64,000 bases of DNA from the human T2T-CHM13v2.0 reference genome, Homo sapiens (GCF_009914755.1 NC_060930.1); one strand, 5' to 3'. Counted from the stretch's first letter, positions 25,538 to 38,974 are shown. Numbers and translations: made by a program. Notes: generated by a model not told the origin, from the letters alone.

Positions 25538-25705
25538 GTAAGTGGGATATTGTCTTCACAACACAAGCAAGCCTTTACAAATTAGAACCATGCTTCTCCC
25601 CTAGGGTCCTTATATGTCAAGTCGAGTGATCCATGTTGGCTAGAGGGTGGGAGAGAGGAAGGGCCATATGTGATCTGCATTGTAATTTTTTTTTTATGTC
25701 GTTAG

Positions 25706-25833
25706 CTCTGGGTTTGCCAGGCTCACCAGGTGCCCCAGGCCCACAGGGCCCCCCAGGACCCAGTGGAAGATGTAACCCAGAAGATTGCCTCTATCCTGTG
25801 TCTCATGCCCATCAGCGCACAGGTGGGAATTGA
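25706..25833 (+). CDS. COL19A1: COL19A1 last exon, coding part, (A)LGLPGSPG...GRCNPEDCLYPVSHAHQRTGGN*
   Basis: cgttag|CT CTG...AAT TGA; FACIT Cys-X4-Cys motif at the COL1/NC1 junction. Confidence 0.97.
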
Positions 25834-25923
25834 ACACACCTGAAGAAGACTTGGTTCCTGGTAACATTTCCTTGCCACTGGAGCTCTCTTAATACCGTCA
25901 AACCCTCATCATCTGTGGGTTGC

Positions 25924-25946
25924 TTTTTTTTTTTTTTTTTTTTTTT
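25924..25946. repeat. T23 tract in the proximal COL19A1 3' UTR
   Basis: Direct reading. Confidence 0.95.
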
Positions 25947-27618
25947 GGGAGTAAGCCAGGCATTAAAAGCAACCGTTTGAATCCTATTCCTATAGCAATT
26001 GCAAATCAGCATTTTTTGATTTTTCCCAAATTCATTCCATATGTTTTGCTTTACAATTGCTATGATTTTTACTCAGAGTTTTATATGAAATATGCAAGTA
26101 AATCTTATCGTTAGTTCTTCTTCAAAAGGAAATTGCATCTTGTGACTTAGTAGACTGATGATGATATCCATTTTGTAGACTCATCAACATGTGGTTGGCC
26201 TTTGATTTCTGAATTTTAAAGTTTCAGACTTATCTTTTCCTTGGTGTTTAAATTTACTATCATTGCTAAACATCTCGTCAACTTTTTTGATATAGTGCAT
26301 TGCTCCTGTTGAATGTTTTTTGACTACTTTTTATAACTTAAGAATTTTTATACCATCTACATCTATCCTACTTATGCAGAAAAATAGGCAATAAGAACTT
26401 CATTTTACAATTTATGTTTTCAAAAAAAAAATGCAGGAAACTGTTTTATCAGGGAGCCCAAACACCCAGCATAGCCAACTACTGAAATGATTTTGTTAAT
26501 TCTGTATAATGAGCTCAATTCAAAGCAATCACCACTGGCATGAATAAGTACTGCATGAAAAGGGAGTATCAAATTCCAGTTTTGTATGAGTTCTGCAAAA
26601 AAAGCCTAATATTCTGTGGTCCCCTCACTCAGTCTCTCATTTGGTAAACAGAAAGCTGTTTTCCCTACAAGGTGCTTGGTGGTGAAGCCACCAAGCTGTC
26701 TTTGGTACTCTTAAAGCTTCAGTGGCCTAGCAAGATCTTTGGGCCCTTGTATCCATTATCCTTATGACCTCATCACCCTCAGACTTTAAGACAAGAAGCC
26801 ACCATCAAAACAAAGGATGGGATACGTATAGAATGGACTCACTTGTCCTAGAAGATGAATGTGTAGTGTCAGCAAATGCATGTTAAGAAGGTGAAGCCCA
26901 AAAGCTCTTAAGGAGAATTGTATTTCTCCAGAAGCTGCAGCAAGAGGTACAGCTCAACAAAGGAAAACCACAGGACTGGATATGCAACTAGTGCTCAGAC
27001 CAAAGAGTTCACACCCACTCTAAAACCATGTCCTCTGAAAAGAAACAAAAATACAGTGATCATCAAATGCCTAAACAGTCTTTCTGTTGGTTAGCTGTAC
27101 ATTCATTGAGGAACTGTTGATTGGCAGGCACTGATTCTCTAGAACACTGGGCATGAGGATGTTGCAGAAATCTAGATGGTGGGTCCCACAGATGTGAGAA
27201 CATGCTGCAAGAGCCTGCCAGCCACAGCAATCAGGACTCACAGCTCTTCAAGGAGCAGTGCAGATTTCAATTTGGCTAAAACAGGATGATTGCTTTTGTC
27301 TGTTTACTGAAAAATGAGTTTAGAAAGGCTAGCCCACTGACATTGGAAAAAGCTGTGAACAGAGTTGTGTCTGAGGAATGTGCCTAATTTAAGGCAGGGT
27401 TTGTTCCAATGCATCCGTGATTTGAACCGGTTTTCATTATAGATTAATGAACTGCTGGTCAGGTACTGTCTACAATGGCTGTGCATACCTATAACATTTT
27501 AGGTATTTCATATTGAATTATGCTGTATATTTCAATTCCAAGTTTATTTATTTTCCAAGGTTATTTTATTTATTGTAAGCATTTTGACATTGATTTTTTT
27601 TTTTTCGTTTTCTTTCTT

Positions 27619-27739
27619 GTGCAATACCTACAATGGTGCTGTGTTTTAAACTTACACAATTGGGACATACGTATGTGTTTTCTTAGTAAAATGGTAATTT
27701 ATCCCGAAAAAGTGTACATAGATCTAAAATTTGGTGCTA
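27619..27739 (+). promoter_or_regulatory. 3' UTR cluster: miR-25/92-family 8mer, two miR-29 sites and a Pumilio element
   Basis: GTGCAATA 27619-27626; TGGTGCT 27634-27640; TGTACATA 27713-27720; TGGTGCTA 27732-27739. Confidence 0.65.
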
Positions 27740-30700
27740 TGTGTATATCTTGAGCTTTTAATTTGTTGAATTTTCTAAACGCTTACAACTTATCTGCCAC
27801 TCATATTAATTTACTTGAATTTGTCATAAAGCTAAATATTTTATATGTTTTCAAAGATTATTTTTTCATATTAATAGGTTGTTTATCTTTTTGCCTGTTT
27901 GCTAATTTAAAAATATTTATTTTATCATTTTAATGTTTTCATGGACTTTTTTGCTGATGGTAATCAACTTTTTTTGTTTTTTGGTTTTTGAGTTGTTCTT
28001 GTCATAGACATAAAAAGACAATTCATTTTCTTGTTTTATTAACTCTGTTCATTTTTATTCTACAAAATATGTCATGCATTCTTTCTTATGAATTGTATAT
28101 TTAGAAATCTTTCTAAATACCATTAAGGCTTGACTGGTTAATTCCTATTTCAAGGATTTGGATTTATTCAGGTAATTTGATGGGATGGGGAAATATAATA
28201 TTGTGTGATGCATATTACAAAGTGGACTTGTCACAATGACACAAACTCATTTTTTGTAACTGGGAAATATGACTAAATTTGACGTAACTAGAGAAACAAG
28301 GCTGTATCCACATGGTACAAGCCTTTCTCACCCTACTCTATTATTTACCTTCAGATACTTTTTCCTGCCTCAGCTCTGTACACATGATATGCAACAAAGG
28401 GCAGCAAGAAATGCTGGGTCCACCTAATTTAACACAAAATGAAGTTGAGATTCGGCAGTTGCCCAATTCCTTTAATAAAAAGAAACTAAATAATTTGGGC
28501 CCCAAAGTAGGGTGGGAAGTTTTCCTCTAAATGACTTGATGGTTGCCAAATCCCTTGCACCATTTTATTCCATTCCAAAACATGTGTTTATTTCCACATA
28601 GATGTTAATGATGTTCAAAGCAGGGGAGAAGAATTATTCAATTTCATGAATAACTCTTGTTTGCACTCCAGAAAACAACATACATGTTTAAATACAAAAT
28701 AATTATGGGCCATGACGACGATTAATATTAAAACTGTGATTTCCATATACAAGTATGTTTGAGTTCCAATCTTACATTTTATACCAAGTTCAAAACACTT
28801 TCAGATAGAAGTCTTTCTATGCAAAGATTAAAGTATGACTTCAATTCATATTTATGGCCTTTGGAATCCAAAGAAAAACAGAAGAATAATTCATGGATTT
28901 GTTCATTGTTCTTTCCAACTGAAGGCAGTAACCATTACTTCTAACCGTAACACAAACACAGCAAGTTTTAACCTTTTAAACTTTTCACTTTGTGAGCAAA
29001 GTAACCCCATAAGTTTATTTCCCTATTTCATGGTATTGTTTAAACTTTAAAATTTTAGTCACTTAAAGAACTTAAGCAATTATATTAAAATACGTTGTCT
29101 GTGAAAATTATCATTTGATATTTGGCTTATAAAGTAATTTTTATGAATCTGTTTTATGAGTTAGGTAAGATTTAGCCTTTCTGCAGTCTGTCTCATCTGT
29201 TGGGAACCTGTGATATACCTCCATTTGTCCACAAGATGGTGTTTAAAACAATTTGTTCAGAAGAACTGAGCAAACTAACAGAAATACAAGGCTACGAACA
29301 GTTTAGTGGACAACTAAATCAGACTCTTGCCTTTGCACTTTTTTTTAACTTTTGTAGATAATTTTTGTTAATTTGTTTTGTTAATTTATGTTTTTCCTAA
29401 TTTTAAGCATCTTTATGAAACAGGCACAGTACCCTTTGGTTTGTTGACTGTTTTGATTTTATTTCTTTGGTGGATATATATGTACTTATACACTTAGTTA
29501 ACATGCAGATTAACTAGTCATAACTGTTTATACACCACTCTCATATTTTAGTGATCAATATGAAGACAGCTAAATAATTATCCTACTTTTTAGACAGGAC
29601 AGATACTCTCAACAGACAAGAAAAAAGATTTAGCTTATCACAAGAAGCAGACAATTTATAAAACTACACAATGTCTAAACTCTATGTTGCTCAGTGTACT
29701 TAAAATTTTACAGTTATATTTGTATAACGTTTATATTTTTCTAGAATACATCACTATTTACAAAAGTACAATTAGAAACACTGTTTTTTTTAAGTACCGT
29801 TTTTATTTTCATAACACTAATAATACACTGGGATCGAGAATTTCTGTTAAGTGTTTTGCTGACGTTGTTTTAATGAATACTCAAAAAAGCTTTGCAGATT
29901 TGTCCATTGCTCTTGTTCTTAAATTATTTTTCATACTTGTCTGTATCCACCTTCTGAAGACACACAAGTGTTTACTGTCGCAGTTTCCCAGCGTTATTTC
30001 TTAATACTTGAGTGTTGACACATTTTTGTACCATCCCCCTTTTGTACCATCTCTGCTCACAAAGATTATATGCAGGCTTTGAAGAGGAGGAGATGCAGAA
30101 GATAATTGAATTTGTATCTTGTATGCCTATGTAATTCAAAGTGACTTAGTCCATTGAATTGTGTTCATTTATTAGTTGGCTGGTTAAGATAGCATTAATT
30201 ATCTTAAATTTATTCAACTACTAAAAGTCTCAGGCAATAGGACAGATGAGTGTCATCATTTTTATTGTGTGGCATACTTGGAGCTATAATCCAAACGTTT
30301 TACTCAACAAAATAATGCTAGAGTAACTGATCAATTTGGTTAAATTGAATGAAGAACCAAGTGAACACAGAGAAAACTTATTCGGACAAGTAGACCCAGC
30401 ACAGCAAAAATTTGTCTGAAAGATAAGACAAGCTTATAAGACCAAAGCTAAGTCTAAGAAAATCTAAATGGAAAAAAAATTGCGTGTTCAGATCCAATAG
30501 TGAGTGATGTGGTACAACTGGAGGAGTTAGCTACTTGCTTCATGAATTTGTCAAAAGTGAATACTAATAAAGTGGGAGGCTTCACTAAATGAGGGGGTAA
30601 ATAAGATTTAAGTTTATCAGAAGTGTGTGTATTGTGTGACCATACTAAGCTTCTGGGTGTAAGTAAAGATGCTGGCTATTTTACAACTTTTTATTGTATT

Positions 30701-30997
30701 GTGTTATGCAAAGTACATTTTGGAGATAAATGTTTTTCAGCACATTAATGTCTTTAAATTCAGGTTGTATTGGGTGTATTTTACAACTATTTATTTTTAA
30801 ATAACATTTAGGGTGTGTTTTCCCCCATTTTGTTTGTTCTCTATCTTACCTCATCAAACTCTTTACGATTTAATTGAATATACTCATGTTAAGTGCAATG
30901 GCATTAGTTTTATTCAAAATCCCACATGGGCATAATGCTTTGAGGCCTTGATTCCTACATGTTCATTATGCATAATGAGCTTGTCACCTATCTCAGC

Positions 30998-31003
30998 AAT
31001 AAA
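30998..31003 (+). terminator. Candidate main COL19A1 polyadenylation signal AATAAA (alternatives: ATTAAA 25962-25967, AATAAA 28474-28479 and 30566-30571)
   Basis: Canonical hexamer about 5.2 kb past the stop, near the end of the repeat-free UTR-like stretch. Confidence 0.6.
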
Positions 31004-32358
31004 GGTTCTGACCCTATGTCAGGGAAATCTAAGGTGCAATTATTAAGGCCATATCTACTCTTCATCACTTGCCATGGCTGAAGCTCCACACTTCAGTCCA
31101 TTTTGTTTGGTGTCAACCATGGGGATGCTCCAGAAGCACTCTTGGCTAACCATGAGCCCCACAGGTGTCCAAGGAACGTTAATTGGTCTATTGCAGGGTT
31201 CATGTTTGTACCATCATTATAGTTTTCTTTGTCACATGAATCATTGCTCAGCTTGAAATAATCAAGTTTGTCACCCATCTCCCTGGCAGTTCATAAAAAG
31301 CCTAGTCTAATTATTTCAGATGAGAATTATAAGCAGAATCAAAAGCCCAAAAGCAGGCAGTCCTTTGGGACTTTTGTCCCCCAGAGTGATCATCTCACTA
31401 AAATCATTTGAGACTTTTTGCTATAGAGGTCCCTGAGGGAGATAAGAAATAACACAATTAACTTTTCTCATCCATAGAAGCTTTTACACCATGAGTGATA
31501 AGGTAATAGGCAATAAGTAGTTAAATACATAGCAGGTTTTCTTAACAGAAATTAATTGCATCAAAACGTGCCAGAGGATTTATATGTTTACCTATACCGG
31601 GTAATAACTTACATAGTTCTTAACTATTCCTATCTTCAGGCCCCCTTTGGATAAATTAACTAGGTGCTCTCTAAAGAATGTTGTTGTCTTTTCACACACA
31701 TATTTTCAACTTAAGAGACAAAATGGAATTTCAAATATATCTCAGAAAGAGAGGTAATTTGTTTGAGACAGTTTCCCTCCCTTGTTCTCTCTCCAGCTAT
31801 GTTTTGATAACTTGGAGTCAAAAGTAATTTGTGAAGGCATGTTAAGCAGAGAGTTAGCATGAATTGCCATTTATTAAGACTAAAAGTAATTTTCAGTTAG
31901 CAGCATCCTCTTCCTGATAGCCAGATCAATCAAATATGTTACACTTCCTCTCGTTGATCATTTAAAGAGCACTTAAGCGTGTGTATTTACAGACAGGCAT
32001 TACTACAGTCAGCCCATTTTGATTTAATAGTTCTTGAGCCATAGGTACTTTATACTGCCATGTCCTGGATCACAACTCACTAAAGAAGGCTACACAATTG
32101 AAAAGTATTTATTTTACTTTGCACAAAAGGGCTTGACCTATGTTTATTGAACACAAGTATTATTTTTAAAAAGATATTTAAAATCATTTATGTTTGTCAC
32201 CCCTCTATAAACAGCAAGATTGCTAGTTTGCTAGTATTTTTTCCTTAATACTGAGTTTTCACTCCTTTTGCCAGGTTACCAGCAAATATTTTTAAGTAAT
32301 TTTCTTGATATTTGGAAATCAGAATTTCTATTGGTTTTCCACCTATGTTGGTTTACTT

Positions 32359-32704
<346 letters not shown>

Positions 32705-34311
32705 TAATCACCAAAAAATTTTAAAAACACAATAGAGGTGATCTTCTACAGCAGGAATTTATATTAAGCTTATTTCAGTTGGCAAATAAATCAGATTTTA
32801 CTAATGATGTTTAAGAATAGCGATATTGGTTCAGTCAGCTTGAAATGTAAAGTATCCAAATAATCAAATCGATCATCTATCCTGATATGACTACTCATTC
32901 ATATTCTTCTGCTGTGCAGAAGCCAATTACCCAAAACCATGCCAGGGAATTTATGTGCTCAGTCAGTCTCGGAAGTGATTTCCACAGTTCTTAACCAACC
33001 TGTCAGCTATTAGGGTTGAAAATCATATCATACTGCCATAGAAGCACCGGCTAGAAATAAATCAGGAATCATTTGCCCTTAATTAACATGCCAGGTTCAA
33101 ACCAACTTTATTTATTTACACTCTCCTCTCCCAGTGAGTGCTCTAGTTGCCACTTTATCCAACTTTCAAAAATATCTCAGAGAGGATTTGAGATTTCTAT
33201 TTTGCTAGAGAGACATGCTTGGTCAGATTCAACATTTACCAACTCTCTTTCATGGAGGGAATTTGCTGGGCTCTTTTCCTTGCAATTTCTAAGCCAAGTG
33301 TCTTCTGCTTCTGTAAACTACTTCACTTAACTGAAATTTATAACGAATTCTTCCTGCCATTTGGAATGTGGTAGTTTTGCATAATCTATTTGTAAGTGCT
33401 TGTTTCCAATGTTGCTGACTGTATCTGTGGAGCTTGTTGTACAACCTTTACATAACCAGGTTTGTAAAACAGTTGAGTGAACTGTTCTTTGAAATTTTAT
33501 TTTTTTTAATTTTCTTATGAATATTATAAAACTTAGAAACATGTTTGATTATCTAATTTTTCTTTTATTGTATTTGATTATGTCACTCTAGTTAAAATAA
33601 AAGCACTTTGGTGAAAAGATAATTTCTATGCCTTTATTTAATTATGTGTCACAGCTCCTGAAAAAGTTTGCCATTTTTTTAAGGATTGTTTTAGGGAGCT
33701 ATAACAGAGACCTTTATTTTCAAAAGTCATATTTGAAAAAAGGGAAAGAACATTCTTTCAGTCTATGTAAATAGCACTGATCTATATGGCAAAGTTGGAA
33801 TCTTCTTAAGCAAAATTCATGCTAGAAGCATAAAACTAGATGCTGTAAGCAGTTTTAAAGAAATCCAAATACAGATTACATAATGATTGATTTAACCAAA
33901 CAACTAGGACTAGAATTTAAAATGTATAAAAGTACACACGAGAAAAATATATATAAAAAATTATATTAGGGCTCACTCTCCTTTGACTTGACAGAATTTA
34001 GTTCCATAAACTAACTAAAGATACTATGTTGAGCTATTGTTTTATGCCCCAGCACAGGTTACTCACAGGCTCTGTGATATAAAATGAATATATTAAGTCT
34101 GTTGGATAGTTAAGTAGATGTTAATGAAACAGCAAGCCAATATGATTACACAGATAATAATAAAGTGCTTAAGTGGTCAGGAAATACTTGTTAAGAATAC
34201 AGTGCTTTAGCTGAGCTGCATTTATAAAATTTACAAGAAATGGTGAAACATAAATCATGTTTACAATAAAGTTCTGAGTAGGAGGGAGCTAACAAGCCAT
34301 TGGAATGAAGG

Positions 34312-34450
34312 CAGTGGTTCTTAACCTAGAAATAAAGCAACGCTAGACTTAAAAAAGTCCACGAAATCTCTGAAATACTATACAAAAATATAGATGCGCA
34401 TGCAGCTGCACATCTTTCTAGGGAATTAACATTTCGAAAAGGTCCATGAA
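34312..34450. mobile_element. MER103-like hAT relic in the distal COL9A1 3' UTR
   Basis: cagtggttcttaacc...gtccacgaaatctctgaaatactatacaaaa...aaaaggtccatga. Confidence 0.5.
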
Positions 34451-34471
34451 GCTCTCTCCATACACACTAAA

Positions 34472-34497
34472 ACACACACACACACACACACACACAC
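34472..34497. repeat. (AC)13 microsatellite
   Basis: Direct reading. Confidence 0.95.
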
Positions 34498-35455
34498 ATA
34501 CGCATCTGTCACAGGGTAACACCCTCTGTGGAACAGCTTTTTAAATTACTTTATGTAGAAAAAACACTAATATTATAAACATACACCTATAGAACCAGTA
34601 GTTAAGTAATGTTTAATGTATCTAAATAAGCTCAGTAACTTCTTTTCATTGAACATGATTATTTATAAGAAAACATGCAAGAGATTAAGAAACCATATTT
34701 ATTTCTTCTTTGGTACAACCAGAGATGTTACCTCAAACCTTTAAAATAAATAATCTCATCAATAAAATTTATGAATGCCAGAGTATTAAAATTATTTCTT
34801 TGCTTTCACATAGAAGCGCTCAAAATATTAACAGGTTTGGGGTAAAGTACATACAGTTCAACAAAAGTTCAAGGTGAAGAAGGAAACCAATACATGACGT
34901 AAAGAAATCATTTCGGGAGATGTAGCCCTTTCTTATCACTCCAGAGACAGCACATCGATGAGATTTTAAGCACCAATTCCATTGAATGTAGTGGGGTTTC
35001 TTCATAACTAGTCTAGTAATCCTCTATATAACTGAAACAATAATCTGAGAACAACTTCTAAATGAAAATAACTACTGCAACTGAGGTAAACCAAACAGTT
35101 GTTTTTGTTTATTGGCACAGTGGCCCACGATAAGACACATAGGTATAGCACACTAAAGCTCAAGATCCTGGGAACAGGAGTATAAATTTATTCAAGGGAG
35201 GTGTTTGGTTTTCTTTTTTTTTTTTTAACTGATGACTCTGCTGTCTTCCCTCCAAGGGAAAGGAAAGAGAACTTACTGAATAGCACCGTTCTTCTATATG
35301 TGATTGTCAAGTAGGACTTCTGTAATCATACTGAAGGTAATACATTGTAATCATGCTGAAGGTAATCATCTTTGCCCCAGCTTTGGATGGTGTTTCTCAC
35401 CCAGGCTCCTTCACCAGGCGTGGTTCATGCAGACAGCCATGCAGCAGTAAGCCTT

Positions 35456-35640
35456 TCAAGGGTCAGGCCCTTTGTTAAATGCTCGCTGACCAGCCTGCAT
35501 GGTGCAGGAGGCTGGCTCACAGAAACCGGGAAGCCCAGGAGGTCCCGGGGGTCCAGGCACTCCAGGAATTCCTGCCACCCCTGGGGGGCCTCGCTCACCG
35601 TCTCGGCCATTTCTGCCATAGCTGGCAGGGCCTGGGTCAC
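35456..35640 (-). CDS. COL9A1: COL9A1 last exon, coding part, (G)[19 protein letters not shown]...[23 protein letters not shown]
   Basis: tttcag|GT GAC...TGA; FACIT Cys-X4-Cys motif. Confidence 0.97.
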
Positions 35641-35757
35641 CTGAAACACACAGAAGATTGCACATGTGAACAGGAGAATCCTCATTGATGCAAACTGGCA
35701 GAGGGCATGGCTCAGCAGCGCTCAGATAAGGGGTTTAACAAACGCTTTTGGAAGCGA

Positions 35758-35805
35758 TGGATGATGACTGGTGATGATTGGTGATGATGATGATGATGAT
35801 GATAA
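35758..35805. repeat. Imperfect (GAT)n repeat
   Basis: Direct reading. Confidence 0.85.
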
Positions 35806-35889
35806 TAAGATCCCTTCCTTGGACTTGGGTTTTCATGGAAATTAAAAGCAGAAAGAGACCTCAGTGTCTCTAACCCCCATTTCCATCAG

Positions 35890-36212
35890 TAGAGCTGCAC
35901 CGTGCACCATGGTAGCCTCCAGCCACAGGTGCCTATTGAGAGCTGAAATGTGATGAGGCCAAATGGAGATGAACTAAGGATCAAACACACCTGGATTTTA
36001 AAGACTTGATATGAAAAAATGTAAAATAGTTCATTAATAATTTTTGTGTCTATTACATGATGAAATGATCTTTTGCACACAGTGGGTTAAGTAAACTATA
36101 TTATTAAAATTAATGTCACTTGATTATTTTTACCTTTTTCATGTGGCTACTTGATTTAAAATCATACATGCAACTCACATTTGTGGCTCACATTATATTT
36201 CTTTTGAATGCA
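35890..36212. mobile_element. MER33 hAT element
   Basis: atggtagcctccagccacaggtgcctattgag...tattattaaaattaat...atttgtggctcacattatatttc. Confidence 0.8.
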
Positions 36213-36350
36213 AGTAGCAGTATTCCTTACTTCTAAGAGTTGAGCAACATCCGGGCAGGGAGAAGTATAGTTTAGCGGTTAAAAACACAGGTTTTGGAGA
36301 CAAATAGCTTTACATTCTAGCCCTATCATTTATGAAAAATGTGACATTAG

Positions 36351-36793
<443 letters not shown>

Positions 36794-37883
36794 TTAGAAG
36801 GCTGTGCCATGTGCCCTACAAATTTTCATATTTTTCTCATGAAGGGCTGACCCCAACATGAACTTTGCAATAGCAGGTTCTCTGGGGGACATTTCTTGCT
36901 TGTCTTCCTTTTGTCGTGTTTAAGGGTTGTATGTTGCCCTCAATGGGGCACACTCTCTGAGGCACAGCACCCCATAACAAAGAGGAATTTCTGCTGAATG
37001 TTTACCCCAGTGCACTAGCAGCACTTTCACACAATTATTGCAAAAGTGGTGATGAGAAGTCAGTGTAAAACAAATTGTGTATGCCAAAATAATATAGGGA
37101 TCCTCATTCCATCTCAGCCATCTTAACCTGGTCTTTCAGCCAAAAAGCCGGAAGCCAAATCTACATGTTCAACTACATATTTGCTTATATTTGGTTACTC
37201 TCCTTCTTTCTCTGTGGTTTTTACTTTTCTTTTTCTATTTCAGTTGTCTTTTTATATGTCTTTTGTTGGTCTTACTGTAGTAATATGGTCTTATTCATAT
37301 ATATCTCACATATTTTTAGAAGGAAGGTAGGTTAGAGATCCTGCTTTACATAACATCTCATTCTTCCTCTGGTGCATACACTTCGATCCACACAAAGCAA
37401 TGTCATAGGGCAATATATTAATAAGTTTTAAGGGAGAATAATTATCTTTGAATTTATCCATCTCAAAGCTATAGATAAGCAGAGATATAAGTAATTTTCC
37501 CTAATTTATCCCATATACTTTCATTCAACTATACCTAGTAAGTATGAAGCAGATCATTATGTGTTTTCTTTTAATGATGAGGTCCCTGAGAAAGCTTCTC
37601 CCTAATCCACAGCATCTATAGATAAAGCTGTAGCAGAACTATGCCCTTAGCAGCACCTGTTAAGATCCTTAACACCAGATGCAGTTAAAGGTGAAGTTGA
37701 TTTTTTTAAGGTTTAAAAGATGAGCCAGATCTAAATCCGATTTTCATGCACCTTATCACTAGGAATGTTCCCACTGAGACATACCAGGTGTGCCTTAAAA
37801 TCAAATCAAGTTTAGGAGAAGGAAATGCCCAAAGAAGAGGTAGAAAACCAAATGAGCACAGGGGCTGGGATGGTCATTGAGAT

Positions 37884-38072
37884 CAGGGGTGGGCAAACTT
37901 CAGCTCATGAGCTAAATCTTGTTTTTGTAGTTTTATTAGAACACGACCATGGTCATTTGTTTACATATTGTCTGTGGCTGCTTTGGCGTACCAGGGCAGA
38001 GTTAAATAGCTGCAATATGGTGCCCATAGCCAAATAATCTGATCCTTCACAAATAAAGTTTGCTGATCCCTG
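37884..38072. mobile_element. MER58A
   Basis: Terminal inverted repeats caggggtgggcaaact / agtttgctgatccctg; internal tttacatattgtctgtggctgcttt. Confidence 0.85.
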
Positions 38073-38199
38073 ATGTTATAAAGAAACAAGCCTGGATTAA
38101 GAAATTCCCCCACTGTTTTTACCAGATGAAAACGTAAAGTACAAATGCAATGAAATTTGGCCACTAATATTCCACGTAAGTGTTGGGGAGACCAAAGGG

Positions 38200-38412
38200 A
38201 GGAGTGAGGCCTGTGGTGAGCTGGAAAGTGGATGCGGGCAGCAGCTCTTCTCCAGCTAACAGCTGTCATCGGGGAATACAGGCCAGTGTTGCCAGAACTT
38301 CTGATAATTTTCAAGAGAGGCCAGGAAGCTGAGTCTTTAAATAAATATCTCCCAATGTTTAAATGTTAGCAACTAATTCAAATTTTTTTCAACATTTGTA
38401 GAGCCAGCCAAA
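38200..38412. mobile_element. MER102-like hAT relic
   Basis: ccagtgttgccaga...tttcaagagaggccag...aaatgttagcaactaattcaaattt. Confidence 0.65.
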
Positions 38413-38698
38413 AACCTTAAGTTTTAAGTAATTTATTCTCTAATACACTAACAATATTAAAAAGCAGAAGGATAGCTTTTTAGATTTTCACATTTGGTTC
38501 CCCATCAACACACTTCAGGAGAAGTTTTTCTTTTTCTTTTTTACCTTGCTGAGTTTATTCCAAATTGCTGCTTATCCTCTGAAGGAAGAGTCGATGAAGC
38601 CATCCTGTCTACCCTTGATTTATTTTATGAAGCATGCATCTCATCCAGTTCTGCCTTTGGCAAATGCAGCAATTTACCCTTTGGAGCTTTTGATGATG

Positions 38699-38728
38699 TC
38701 ATCATCATCATCATCATCATCATCATCA
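38699..38728. repeat. (TCA)10 repeat
   Basis: Direct reading. Confidence 0.95.
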
Positions 38729-38948
38729 CCACAAATGCTTAATGAGAATGCTTTCTCTTTTCCATGGGCATACACTATGCTCATTATTGAGCCCATTTTT
38801 CTCATGCATAAACTGAGAGTTAGGAAGGTCAAATAATTGTCCATAGTCATATAGCCAGAAATGAGGACCCTTAACCACTGCACTAACTGTATTTTCCTAC
38901 CTATTGATTTTTTTAACTCTGTGGAAGGGTGTGGAGGGGTGTGGCAGG

Positions 38949-38974
38949 GTGTGTGTGTGTGTGTGTGTGTGTGT
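38949..38974. repeat. (GT)13 microsatellite
   Basis: Direct reading. Confidence 0.95.

Larger units (their letters stand above)
25834..31025 (+). other. COL19A1: COL19A1 long 3' UTR (end approximate)
   Basis: About 5 kb of AU-rich sequence after the stop with no recognisable transposon; contains miRNA and Pumilio motifs and several AATAAA; COL19A1 is known to have a long 3' UTR. Confidence 0.7.
33615..35455 (-). other. COL9A1: COL9A1 3' UTR with tandem poly(A) signals (minus-strand AATAAA at 35187-35192, 35108-35113, 34698-34703, 33633-33638)
   Basis: TTTATT hexamers read on the + strand downstream of the COL9A1 stop; which are used cannot be told from sequence. Confidence 0.65.

Noticed and set aside
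38699-38728. poly-Ile/Ser/Asp ORFs over the (TCA)n tract
   Set aside because: Simple trinucleotide repeat at the edge of a MIR, not coding
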